15,189 nt of DNA. Origin: an uncultured Methanosarcinales archaeon (GTDB lineage Archaea > Nanobdellota > Nanobdellia > Woesearchaeales > GW2011-AR9). The stretch covers positions 10,915-26,103 of the forward strand of contig CAZIUU010000012.1 in the NCBI GenBank assembly GCA_964542815.1, in the 5' to 3' direction. Below are positions 1 to 6,333 of the stretch, piece by piece; position 1 is the first letter of the stretch, and the number at the start of each line of letters is the position of its first letter. The notes beneath the pieces were generated by a model, which was not told the origin of the DNA, searched no databases, and saw only the letters and a program-made list of their open reading frames with translations. A program made the translations under genes and the position numbers.

Positions 1-614
1 CTTATGGATTGTTTCGAGTTGAAAAAGTGGAAGTTAATTTTAAAGATGTAGAGAAAGTATTATCTTCACATTCTTCTACTAAAGAACGAATGTCGTTTTA
101 TGCTGAATTGTATCCCAAGATCTTTTCTATTACTGGAAAGCCGGTAGTAGTGTTAGATTTAGGGTGCGGGGTTAATCCGTTTTCAGTTGAGTTTATGGGA
201 TTAAATAGATTGAAGTATTATGCTTATGATATTAGTGAGAAAGAAGTGAAGTTGTTGAACCTGTTTTTCTCAATGAGGCATATTGAAAATAAGAGTTTTG
301 TAGGAAAAGCAGAAGTTTTAGATACATCTAAAATAGAATTAGTACGAAAATTACCTGAGGCTGATGTTTGTTTTATGTTTAAGATTACAGATATCTTGGA
401 TAGAGGCAAAGGCCATAAAAAAACCGAAGAAGTGCTCAAAGCAGTTCCGTCTAAATGGCTGGTAATAAGTTTTCCTACGTTAACTATGAGCGGGAAGCCG
501 ATGACTGCTCCTCGTCGAAGATGGATGGAGTGGCTTTGTCGGAGATTAGGGTATGAATATAAGATATTAGAGTTTGAGAATGAATTGTTTTATGTGGTGA
601 GGAAAGGAGGATAA
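1..614 (+). CDS. 16S rRNA (guanine1405-N7) methyltransferase, ArmA/RmtB (FmrO) family; 5' end lies outside the window
   Basis: The reading frame is open to the left edge (frame of position 3). HSSTKERM matches the family HSSTNER/HASTRERL motif. VLDLGCGVNP matches the SAM-binding motif ILDFGCGFNP of ArmA. YAYDI, FMFKI, VISFPTLTMSGK (ArmA: VISFPIKSLSGK) and C-terminal NELFYVV (ArmA: NELVYI) follow in the same order and spacing. Only about 20 aa precede the HSST motif, against about 75-80 aa in ArmA/RmtB, so the N-terminal domain is cut off. Confidence 0.8.
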   Translation, partial: YGLFRVEKVEVNFKDVEKVLSSHSSTKERMSFYAELYPKIFSITGKPVVVLDLGCGVNPFSVEFMGLNRLKYYAYDISEKEVKLLNLFFSMRHIENKSFVGKAEVLDTSKIELVRKLPEADVCFMFKITDILDRGKGHKKTEEVLKAVPSKWLVISFPTLTMSGKPMTAPRRRWMEWLCRRLGYEYKILEFENELFYVVRKGG

Positions 615-623
615 CTTACCAAG

Positions 624-1067
624 ATGAAACTGTGCAGTGCGTGTTTGTTGGGTATCAAATGCCGATATGATGGAAAGAGTAAACCAAATGAGAAAATTAT
701 TGCTCTTTCTAAGACAGAAGTATTTATTCCAATTTGCCCTGAACAGCTAGGAGGGCAACCCACTCCACGCTTAGATGCAGAAATAAATGGCGGTGATGGT
801 TCAGATGTATTAAATCATAACGCTAATGTCATTGAATCAAGTGGTAATGAAGTTACATCTCATTTTATTAATGGAGCCGAAGAAGTATTAAAACTTGCCA
901 AGTTGTTTGATGTGAAAGAAGCTATATTAAAACAAAGAAGCCCATCTTGCGGCTCGGGACAGATTTATGATGGTACTTTTTCAAAAAGATTAATTAATGG
1001 GAATGGGGTAACAACTGCTTTACTAAAGAAAAATGGGATAAAAGTTATCTCTGAAGAGGATTTATGA
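624..1067 (+). CDS. DUF523 family protein (TudS-like [4Fe-4S] thiouracil desulfidase family)
   Basis: N-terminal SACLLGIKCRYDG, then PICPEQLGGQPTPR, then KQRSPSCGSGQIYDG. These are the three conserved Cys-containing blocks of DUF523. GGAGG at 608-612 lies upstream of the ATG. Confidence 0.8.
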   Translation: MKLCSACLLGIKCRYDGKSKPNEKIIALSKTEVFIPICPEQLGGQPTPRLDAEINGGDGSDVLNHNANVIESSGNEVTSHFINGAEEVLKLAKLFDVKEAILKQRSPSCGSGQIYDGTFSKRLINGNGVTTALLKKNGIKVISEEDL

Positions 1068-1438
1068 CCACAAAAATTAAACCATGGATATATTGGACGC
1101 CAAGAATTCTATCGATAATATTCATACTGTTCTTAGCTTTGATGTCATTGGATGTGTTTGAAACGGGATTGAGTTTCTGGCAGACCATCGGTGCATTATT
1201 GATGCATAATATCCCTGCGTTGATTTTGTTAATAGTTCTATTGATTGCTTGGAAGTATGAAATTGTAGGTGGAGTCGCTTTCATTCTGGCTGGATTATTG
1301 TATATCACGTTAATTGTTATAGATGCGTTAAAAAATCAGTTTGAATGGTATATGATATCTTGGACAGTGCAGATTTCAGGGATAGCTTTCTTTATTGGAA
1401 TTTTATTTTTGATTGGGTGGGTAAGGAAGATGAGATAA
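1064..1438 (+). CDS. small integral membrane protein (about 4 TM), function unknown
   Basis: The start overlaps the upstream stop by 4 nt (ATGA). Hydrophobic segments alternate along the whole length. No family recognised. Confidence 0.6.
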   Translation: MTTKIKPWIYWTPRILSIIFILFLALMSLDVFETGLSFWQTIGALLMHNIPALILLIVLLIAWKYEIVGGVAFILAGLLYITLIVIDALKNQFEWYMISWTVQISGIAFFIGILFLIGWVRKMR

Positions 1439-1484
1439 AGAAACCACAACTTTTTTAACTGTTTCAAGTATTTAGTTTCCCTAT

Positions 1485-1614
1485 GGGGCTGTAGTCTAGC
1501 TTGGAAGAGTTAATGCTCTAAGCAATAGGATTGACGGTTCGGGGCCGTCAGGCCGGGGTTCAAACCCAAGTTACGCTGATAAAAGTGTACTTGAAGAAAG
1601 TCCCCGCAGCCCCA
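1485..1614 (+). tRNA. tRNA-Pro(CGG) gene with two putative non-canonical introns (D-arm and T-loop)
   Basis: Acceptor stem GGGGCTG (1485-1491) pairs with CAGCCCC (1607-1613); discriminator is A1614. D-loop AGCTTGGA carries G18G19. Anticodon arm is GACGG-TTCGGGG-CCGTC (1533-1549) with U33, anticodon CGG at 1540-1542 and G37. Variable loop is AGGC. T stem CGGGG (1554-1558) pairs with CCCCG (1602-1606), with a TTCAAAC-type loop. The locus is 130 nt. Removing about 21-22 nt (about 1507-1531) and 36 nt (about 1564/1566-1599/1601) gives a 72-73 nt cloverleaf. No CCA is encoded. The locus is more G+C-rich than its flanks. Intron borders are uncertain by a few nt. Confidence 0.7.
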
Positions 1615-1673
1615 GATTATTTTTGCTGTTTCAACTGTTTTTATCCCTAATTTTCAGATTAGCATTCATTGCT

Positions 1674-2138
1674 TTACGCTTTCCTGTACACTAAATCCTT
1701 CTCTTTGACCGGCTCAGCAACTTTCATCCCAATAACCTGCCCTTTTTTAGCCATACTTACTTGCTCATGTTCTATCTGCATAGAATAGACTTTCTGTACT
1801 GAACTTTTTCCGTGTCCTAAAAATTCTATGGTATCTCCTAATCGAAGCTCTTTCTTTATGGCTATTACCGCTACGTTTATCTGATCGTAGAAATGAGTCA
1901 CTTCTCCCACTAAGTTTAATGGAGTTTTTCTCTCAGCTATGGTGGGAATCACTGGCGCAGGCTTTTTGATAAGCTTTATTGGCTTCTTAACTACAATTTT
2001 AGCCTGTTTCTTTACTGCTTTCTTTGGAAACTTCTTCTTAATTGCTTTTTTAGCCTGCTTTTTTAGGGCTTTCTTAGGCTTTGATGCTTTTACCGACCTC
2101 TTTTTAGTTTTTTTGACCATAAGCTTAGAATATCGCAT
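1674..2138 (-). CDS. Lys-rich (histone H1-like tail) protein with C-terminal EF-Tu domain-2-like / peptidase-U32-C-like beta-barrel
   Basis: The N-terminal ~65 aa are about 40% Lys with repeated KKQAKKA/KKAVKK units. The C-terminal block VGEVTHFYDQINVAVIAIKKELRLGDTIEF...VYSMQIEHEQVSMAKKGQVIGMKV...KDLVY matches the stand-alone translation-factor-like barrel pattern. The true start may be the ATG at 2120 (MVKKTKK), which lies about 25 nt downstream of the TTTAAA box at 2141-2150. Confidence 0.65.
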   Translation of the reverse strand: MRYSKLMVKKTKKRSVKASKPKKALKKQAKKAIKKKFPKKAVKKQAKIVVKKPIKLIKKPAPVIPTIAERKTPLNLVGEVTHFYDQINVAVIAIKKELRLGDTIEFLGHGKSSVQKVYSMQIEHEQVSMAKKGQVIGMKVAEPVKEKDLVYRKA

Positions 2139-2140
2139 AG

Positions 2141-2150
2141 GTTTAAATTC
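2141..2150 (-). promoter_or_regulatory. TATA-like box for the Lys-rich protein gene
   Basis: The minus strand reads AATTTAAACC, about 25 nt upstream of the ATG at 2120. Confidence 0.35.
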
Positions 2151-2213
2151 TTTACGGAAGTGAGCTTATTTTCGGGGATTTAAGCGAAATTGAAACAAGT
2201 GGTAGTACTCTGT

Positions 2214-2228
2214 GGTGATGAAATCACC
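2214..2228. promoter_or_regulatory. perfect palindrome GGTGAT-gaa-ATCACC abutting the 2267 promoter
   Basis: 6-bp arms and a 3-nt spacer, ending 6 nt before the TATA-like box. Candidate transcription-factor site. Confidence 0.25.
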
Positions 2229-2243
2229 GAAAGGTTTAAATAG
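2229..2243 (+). promoter_or_regulatory. BRE/TATA-like box (AAAGGTTTAAATA) for the 2267 gene
   Basis: TTTAAATA at 2235-2242 ends 24 nt upstream of the ATG, which is the spacing expected for a leaderless or short-leader archaeal mRNA. Confidence 0.45.
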
Positions 2244-2266
2244 TAGCTCACTTTCTGAAAATTAAC

Positions 2267-2812
2267 ATGATTATTAAAGAATTTCCTAATGTTCACGTAG
2301 ATATTAAACATCGAGGACACCAAAATCCGTTCTATGCAGGCGCTTTGGATTTACTTGGCGCGGGAGAAATCTCATTACTATTACTCCGTACACTTCCTGC
2401 CGGAGTGGAAAAAACTGGAAAATTTCTGGGAGCCACAATTGATTTATATGCTAATGGTGCAAGAATGATTACTCCAGAAACACGTTTTTCTAATGGCCAA
2501 CTCTTAACTACGTTAATCGAAGAATTTGCTGAGAGAGGGTTAGTTTATGGAATTGTTTTAGATAATGAAAAAACACCAAATAAAACCGAAAGAATGTTGA
2601 AAAACCAAATGGAAATGAGAGATTTCTTACAAGAGGATTTTCTTAGATACAATCCACAAAGAGTAGCAAGAACTATCTTTGTTCCAACAGAAAGATTTAC
2701 TGGGTGCACTTGGGGATTCAGTTACAAACCTGAAGATTTAGAGATAATGGTTGACTATCTGAAAAAACCAACTTCTTTTCTATTGTTTGATCCCACTTCA
2801 AATTATAGATGA
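2267..2812 (+). CDS. hypothetical protein (181 aa), no family recognised
   Basis: Long ORF with a TATA-like box 24-30 nt upstream of the ATG. Composition is that of a soluble protein. Confidence 0.55.
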   Translation: MIIKEFPNVHVDIKHRGHQNPFYAGALDLLGAGEISLLLLRTLPAGVEKTGKFLGATIDLYANGARMITPETRFSNGQLLTTLIEEFAERGLVYGIVLDNEKTPNKTERMLKNQMEMRDFLQEDFLRYNPQRVARTIFVPTERFTGCTWGFSYKPEDLEIMVDYLKKPTSFLLFDPTSNYR

Positions 2813-2820
2813 AATTGCTT

Positions 2821-3069
2821 TTATTTCTGGAATTTCCTCAGCCACCATCTCTTAAAGAAAGGCAAAGTTAAAGTAGACAAGATAAAGCCAACTGCCGGAA
2901 CTAACGCATTCAACCAGGGAGCAGGAGCATCAATTGACCACAAGAAAAACACAATCACTAAATAAGTCATTATCACAATGATAAAACGTCGTGTTTTACT
3001 GGTTTCCCACGCTTTATCTGCTTCAACACGTTGGTTACGTTCTTTTATGCTTGCGATTTCTTCTTTCAT
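2821..3069 (-). CDS. small 2-TM membrane protein (conserved DKAWETS...R N-terminal helix type)
   Basis: An N-terminal amphipathic segment (IKERNQRVEADKAWETSKTRR) is followed by two hydrophobic helices. It is the last gene of the minus-strand operon, 14 nt downstream of tpiA. Confidence 0.55.
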   Translation of the reverse strand: MKEEIASIKERNQRVEADKAWETSKTRRFIIVIMTYLVIVFFLWSIDAPAPWLNALVPAVGFILSTLTLPFFKRWWLRKFQK

Positions 3070-3083
3070 GTTTGTTCAATTAT

Positions 3084-3740
3084 CTAACCCACCATCCTCT
3101 CCATGAACTTCTTAGGATCACCCGCTTTAACCACTGCATGAGCTAATAACACCCCCTCTGCGCCTAAAGCTAAGGCATGCTGTAAGTCTTCCTTGGAATG
3201 AATTCCTGCTCCGCACAACACTTTAGTCTTAGGGCTTACACTTTGCACTACTTTGATAGCTTTAGTAATGATACCAGCATCAGCATCTACTACTGAAACG
3301 TTCCCGCCAATCAATTCTTCCGGTTCGTAAGCGATATAATCCGGATGATATTCAGCGACATGTTTTACTTCAGAGATTGTAGAAGCACAAACTAAAGTGA
3401 TTAACCATTGAGCTTTGCATAATTCAATTATCTGACTTAACTCTAAAAATGGAATCTTATATTCAGAATGGTTGAGTATAACTCCTTTCACTCCAATTTC
3501 CCTCAATTCTGAAGCCGGGATGTGTCCGGTATGCGCTCCGGAAAGCACCCCATCGGCATGCTGGGCGAATATCATCAATCGGGTTTTGTCGGCAAGCTCT
3601 TTAGTGGTTAAAAGTGAAGGAGCTATAGCTAATTGGTAATCTTTGGTTTTAACTTGAGCGATTTGTTTAGCTAACTCTAACGCTTTATCTCCAGACGATT
3701 CAGGATACGTTTTGAAATTGATTAGGATTAATGGTTTCAT
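3084..3740 (-). CDS. tpiA: triosephosphate isomerase, short archaeal type
   Basis: 218 aa. ILINFKTY carries the catalytic Lys, LNHSE the His, IAYEPEELIGG the Glu, and CGAGI is the phosphate-binding loop. A GGGGGAT SD-like element lies about 10 nt upstream. Confidence 0.9.
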   Translation of the reverse strand: MKPLILINFKTYPESSGDKALELAKQIAQVKTKDYQLAIAPSLLTTKELADKTRLMIFAQHADGVLSGAHTGHIPASELREIGVKGVILNHSEYKIPFLELSQIIELCKAQWLITLVCASTISEVKHVAEYHPDYIAYEPEELIGGNVSVVDADAGIITKAIKVVQSVSPKTKVLCGAGIHSKEDLQHALALGAEGVLLAHAVVKAGDPKKFMERMVG

Positions 3741-3742
3741 AA

Positions 3743-3850
3743 TTAAATGATCCCCCTACTTTTAAACATCCCATACAAAGCCAACAGAATAGCGAGAGTC
3801 CCAGCTATCCACGCTAAAGTTTCCAATATATCTTTATTTTTTTTCTTCAT
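3743..3850 (-). CDS. unannotated 35-aa single-TM micro-protein (MKKKNKDILETLAWIAGTLAILLALYGMFKSRGII)
   Basis: I translated this by hand; it is below the ORF-track length cutoff. Its ATG overlaps the stop of the upstream 85-aa gene (ATGA). Its stop is 2 nt before the tpiA ATG, so it exactly fills the only gap in the operon. Confidence 0.35.
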   Translation of the reverse strand: MKKKNKDILETLAWIAGTLAILLALYGMFKSRGII

Positions 3851-4104
3851 TTCTCCTCTTTTACTTTGTATTCAACATCAATAGCCTCACGCTTATTTGG
3901 TTTAGCTGATTTGTGAGTGGTGGTGGAACTTGCTTTTACTCCAGTTGCTTTCCTAAGCACACCTAAAATTAATCCGATAACTACCACAATAATTGCTATG
4001 GGAATAAGCAGAATTATAAATCCAAAAATAAGAAGAAATATTAGAATAATTATCGCTAATCCGATTAGTCCAAAAATCCATCGTTTAATTCTTACATCTA
4101 TCAC
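3847..4104 (-). CDS. small membrane protein (2 TM, basic Ser/Thr/Lys tail)
   Basis: Very hydrophobic Ile/Leu-rich core. Overlaps the upstream gene by 20 nt. Confidence 0.5.
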   Translation of the reverse strand: MIDVRIKRWIFGLIGLAIIILIFLLIFGFIILLIPIAIIVVVIGLILGVLRKATGVKASSTTTHKSAKPNKREAIDVEYKVKEEK

Positions 4105-4678
4105 GCTTTTGTAAGTGATAACCTACCACTATAAAAAGGCTTCCCCAGCATAAAGTCTGAATGAAGATGATGAAAGCTATTTTAATGAAGAAGTCTAATG
4201 GAAATGTTTGTATCAATAATGAATCTGCCGGAAATTGCCAGTTTCCCTGCGGGAAGAATATTTTATGAAAAGCAGTAAAAGAAGAGTTGAATGAGATAAC
4301 AGAAAAAAGTAAAATCAATCCGATTACCATTACGATACTTATTCCACCATAAAGAAGCATCTTCGGAAGAAGTTTGCGTTTGAATCCATAGGCTAACCAG
4401 ATTAAACCCAATAAAAAACTTGCATAGAAAACATAATCTGCCCAAAGCATTACGGCTCTTACATCTTCCAAATGCGATAGCTCTAATGCAGTATAATTCT
4501 GAAGCAAAGTGATAGTGTTATCATTCAAATAACTAATGGTATTTTCTTGGACAATGGTTTGAGGAAAGAAGAAAATGGTGGTGTGATAGGAAAGAAGAAG
4601 TGTCAATACGGAAAGAATAACACAACATAAGATAATTATCCACCGATCTAAATCAATTTTATTTTTTTCCATGTACAA
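4085..4678 (-). CDS. integral membrane protein, TIGR01906/DUF1461 family (family of the Firmicute lipoprotein intramolecular transacylase Lit)
   Basis: N-terminal TM, extracytoplasmic segment with ELSHLEDVRAV (H-x-DV motif), three to four further TMs, and FTAFHKIFFPQGNWQFPADSLLIQTFPLDFF (FH..FF...W.F....L...FP..FF signature). The family call is from motif memory only. Confidence 0.55.
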   Translation of the reverse strand: MYMEKNKIDLDRWIIILCCVILSVLTLLLSYHTTIFFFPQTIVQENTISYLNDNTITLLQNYTALELSHLEDVRAVMLWADYVFYASFLLGLIWLAYGFKRKLLPKMLLYGGISIVMVIGLILLFSVISFNSSFTAFHKIFFPQGNWQFPADSLLIQTFPLDFFIKIAFIIFIQTLCWGSLFIVVGYHLQKRDRCKN

Positions 4679-5129
4679 ATTTTTCTTCCACTGCGCTTTT
4701 TAATGCACTTAAATGTAATTTCAGTTGTAATTCAAGTTTTTTCCAATCCAAATAATTTACCGGACGACCATAATAATGAATCCCATTGCGTTTGGTTCTT
4801 ATTTCCTCCAAGAAACCCCAATTAAGCTCAAGTTCAGAATATTTGCTACATAAATAAGCAAAGAGGCATTCATGAGCTTTAACTTGATTAGAATATGCCA
4901 ATGCTTCACCAAATCCATGTAAAGCATCATAATAAAGCTTGAAAATGGCGTTCCACTCACTACTTTCTTTAGAAGCTGCTTTTGCCCATTTATCTGCGGT
5001 CTCTAAATCTGCTCGCGCAATATTAATTATTGATTTGATTAACTCAACATCCAATTCTATTAATGGAGTAAACGACCCTTCTATTTCACATGCAGAATAA
5101 ATATTATACAAAGTTCTTTCTTTATGCAT
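4659..5129 (-). CDS. HEPN domain protein (putative toxin partner of the upstream MNT)
   Basis: All-helical composition with an R-x6-H motif (RTKRNGIHYYG) near the C-terminus. I prefer the start at ATG 5129: GGAGGT lies 8 nt upstream and it overlaps the MNT stop by 8 nt. The ORF track extends to 5177. Confidence 0.65.
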   Translation of the reverse strand: MHKERTLYNIYSACEIEGSFTPLIELDVELIKSIINIARADLETADKWAKAASKESSEWNAIFKLYYDALHGFGEALAYSNQVKAHECLFAYLCSKYSELELNWGFLEEIRTKRNGIHYYGRPVNYLDWKKLELQLKLHLSALKSAVEEKFVHGKK

Positions 5130-5667
5130 ATGATTTAACCTCCATGAAATCAAGTTTTCCTTTAACATGATAACCATTTAAAATATTTTTCAACAGCGCA
5201 GAATTAAGCTTTGACAGCTCTTCTTTATTGTTACAAGCAAACACTTGAATCTCGCGATGTAACTTTTTTCTGAATTTGCTGTGGTTTAATTCGCTAGCAT
5301 CGCCATATATAAAAACATCTATATCACTATCAGAATGCCAATCCCCCCGGGCAAAGCTGCCAAAAATAGTAATATTCTTTACATTAGGAAGAGAATGTAA
5401 GTGGCTAAGGAAACCAGAGGAGTACAATTGTTCTAAAGCATATAATTTCTTTTTACTGAGATAATTTGAATTTTGATAATTAGCAATGTAATAAGGCATC
5501 TGCTTACGCAATTTTATTCTATGTATAATCTTATCTTTTACCAGCTTTCTAAGCCATTGTTGAGCCTGTGGACGACTAATTTCTGCTGCATTTAAAATTT
5601 TTTCAAAGTGCCAATGTTTAGTCGGCTCGTTGAAGAACAGGTTTAATATTTTATATTCTTTGTTCAT
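5122..5667 (-). CDS. winged-helix DNA-binding domain fused to a minimal nucleotidyltransferase (MNT) domain
   Basis: FGSFARGDWHSDSDIDVFIY is the GS-x-x-RG...D-x-D pol-beta nucleotidyltransferase signature. The N-terminal ~70 aa (ISRPQAQQWLRKLVKDKII) resemble a wHTH. Confidence 0.8.
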   Translation of the reverse strand: MNKEYKILNLFFNEPTKHWHFEKILNAAEISRPQAQQWLRKLVKDKIIHRIKLRKQMPYYIANYQNSNYLSKKKLYALEQLYSSGFLSHLHSLPNVKNITIFGSFARGDWHSDSDIDVFIYGDASELNHSKFRKKLHREIQVFACNNKEELSKLNSALLKNILNGYHVKGKLDFMEVKSYA

Positions 5668-5680
5668 GGTTAAGTTGTTT

Positions 5681-5701
5681 TAGTTAGGGTAATACTAACT
5701 A
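5681..5701. promoter_or_regulatory. inverted repeat TAGTTAG-n7-CTAACTA between the TATA box and the MNT start
   Basis: 7-bp perfect arms covering the predicted transcription start. Candidate autoregulatory operator for the wHTH-MNT protein. Confidence 0.3.
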
Positions 5702-5711
5702 TTATTTAAAT
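5702..5711 (-). promoter_or_regulatory. TATA-like box (minus strand ATTTAAATA) for the MNT-HEPN-...-tpiA operon
   Basis: Lies about 36-44 nt upstream of the MNT ATG (5667). Confidence 0.4.
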
Positions 5712-5743
5712 GTTACGGAAAGAAGAGAGATTAAAAGATTATT

Positions 5744-5750
5744 AAAAAAA
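5744..5750 (-). terminator. oligo-T tract (T7 on the minus strand) downstream of slyD
   Basis: A7 on the plus strand, 20 nt after the slyD stop. Archaeal RNA polymerase terminates at oligo-T. Confidence 0.35.
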
Positions 5751-5769
5751 GAAGTAAAAGTTAATGATA

Positions 5770-6333
5770 TTACTTGTGGTGCTCATTCCCGCAGTGGCAT
5801 TCGTGCCCTTCTTCTTCGCAGTCGCCATCGCCGCTGCATTCTCCGTCACCACAGCAGCAGTCTCCGCTTTCTTCTTCCTCTTTGTCATCCGGTTCATTGA
5901 TGCCTACTACTTTAACTTCAAAAGTCAAGTCTTTGCCGGCTAAAGGATGGTTTAAGTCTAATACAACTTTATCGGTTTTAAGTTCAGTAATTCTTGCCGG
6001 AAGATTTCTTCCTTGCGGATCTCTAAGCATTAATCCCATGCCTACTTTTGGTTCTGGTTTAGCCGGAAGCTGAGTTCGAGGCAATTCTACTACTAATTCT
6101 TTTCTGGTTGGACCATAAGCTTCAGCAGCAGGAATAGCAATAGTTTTAGATTCATTAAGCTTTAAATTAGCAACGCCTTTTTCGAAACCAGGAATAACTT
6201 GGCCTTTGCCTACAGTAAATGATAACGGGTTTCTTCCTTCAGAAGAATCGAATACGGTTCCGTCATTTAATTTTCCAGTGTAATGTACTTTTACTTTATC
6301 TCCATTTTTTACTTGGTTTTTTGTTGGTGTCAT
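5770..6333 (-). CDS. slyD: FKBP-type peptidyl-prolyl cis-trans isomerase, SlyD-like, with Cys/Asp/Glu/His-rich C-terminal tail
   Basis: VKVHYTGKLNDGTVFDSS, VIPGFEKGV, an inserted-flap region and LNHPLAGKDLTFEVKVV are SlyD/FKBP hallmarks. The tail is ESGDCCCGDGECSGDGDCEEEGHECHCGNEHHK. GGAGG lies 7 nt upstream, and the start overlaps the upstream stop by 1 nt (TAATG). Confidence 0.85.
   Translation of the reverse strand: MTPTKNQVKNGDKVKVHYTGKLNDGTVFDSSEGRNPLSFTVGKGQVIPGFEKGVANLKLNESKTIAIPAAEAYGPTRKELVVELPRTQLPAKPEPKVGMGLMLRDPQGRNLPARITELKTDKVVLDLNHPLAGKDLTFEVKVVGINEPDDKEEEESGDCCCGDGECSGDGDCEEEGHECHCGNEHHK

Noticed and set aside
224-439. Antisense or alternative-frame ORFs at 224-439, 1045-1308, 1939-2163, 3917-4114, 4263-4445, 5276-5464, 6219-6404, 6377-6598, 6916-7125, 8049-8321, 11542-11760 and 12485-12706
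   Set aside because: Each is nested inside a longer ORF with recognisable family motifs or a coherent membrane topology. None has independent start signals. Such ORFs are typical of AT-rich DNA with few stops in some frames.
1511-1527. Alternative tRNA reading with anticodon arm TAATG-CTCTAAG-CAATA (anticodon CUA, an amber suppressor or Pyl-like tRNA)
   Set aside because: It has an A-A mismatch in the stem and a G10-G25 clash in the D stem. It would also leave a 26-nt variable region, longer than any class II tRNA. The GACGG/CCGTC arm with anticodon CGG gives a clean 72-73 nt cloverleaf instead.
1459-1634. 9-bp direct repeat CTGTTTCAA flanking the tRNA gene (1459-1467 and 1626-1634), possibly att-like
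   Set aside because: It is short and AT-rich. No integrase or mobile-element genes are nearby, and the interval between the repeats contains only the tRNA. Chance or shared promoter/terminator composition is more likely.
5774-6073. 99-aa Ser/Pro-rich plus-strand ORF
   Set aside because: It is antisense to the acidic, Cys-rich tail and barrel of slyD. Its composition is simply the complement of GAA/GAC/GGC-rich coding sequence.
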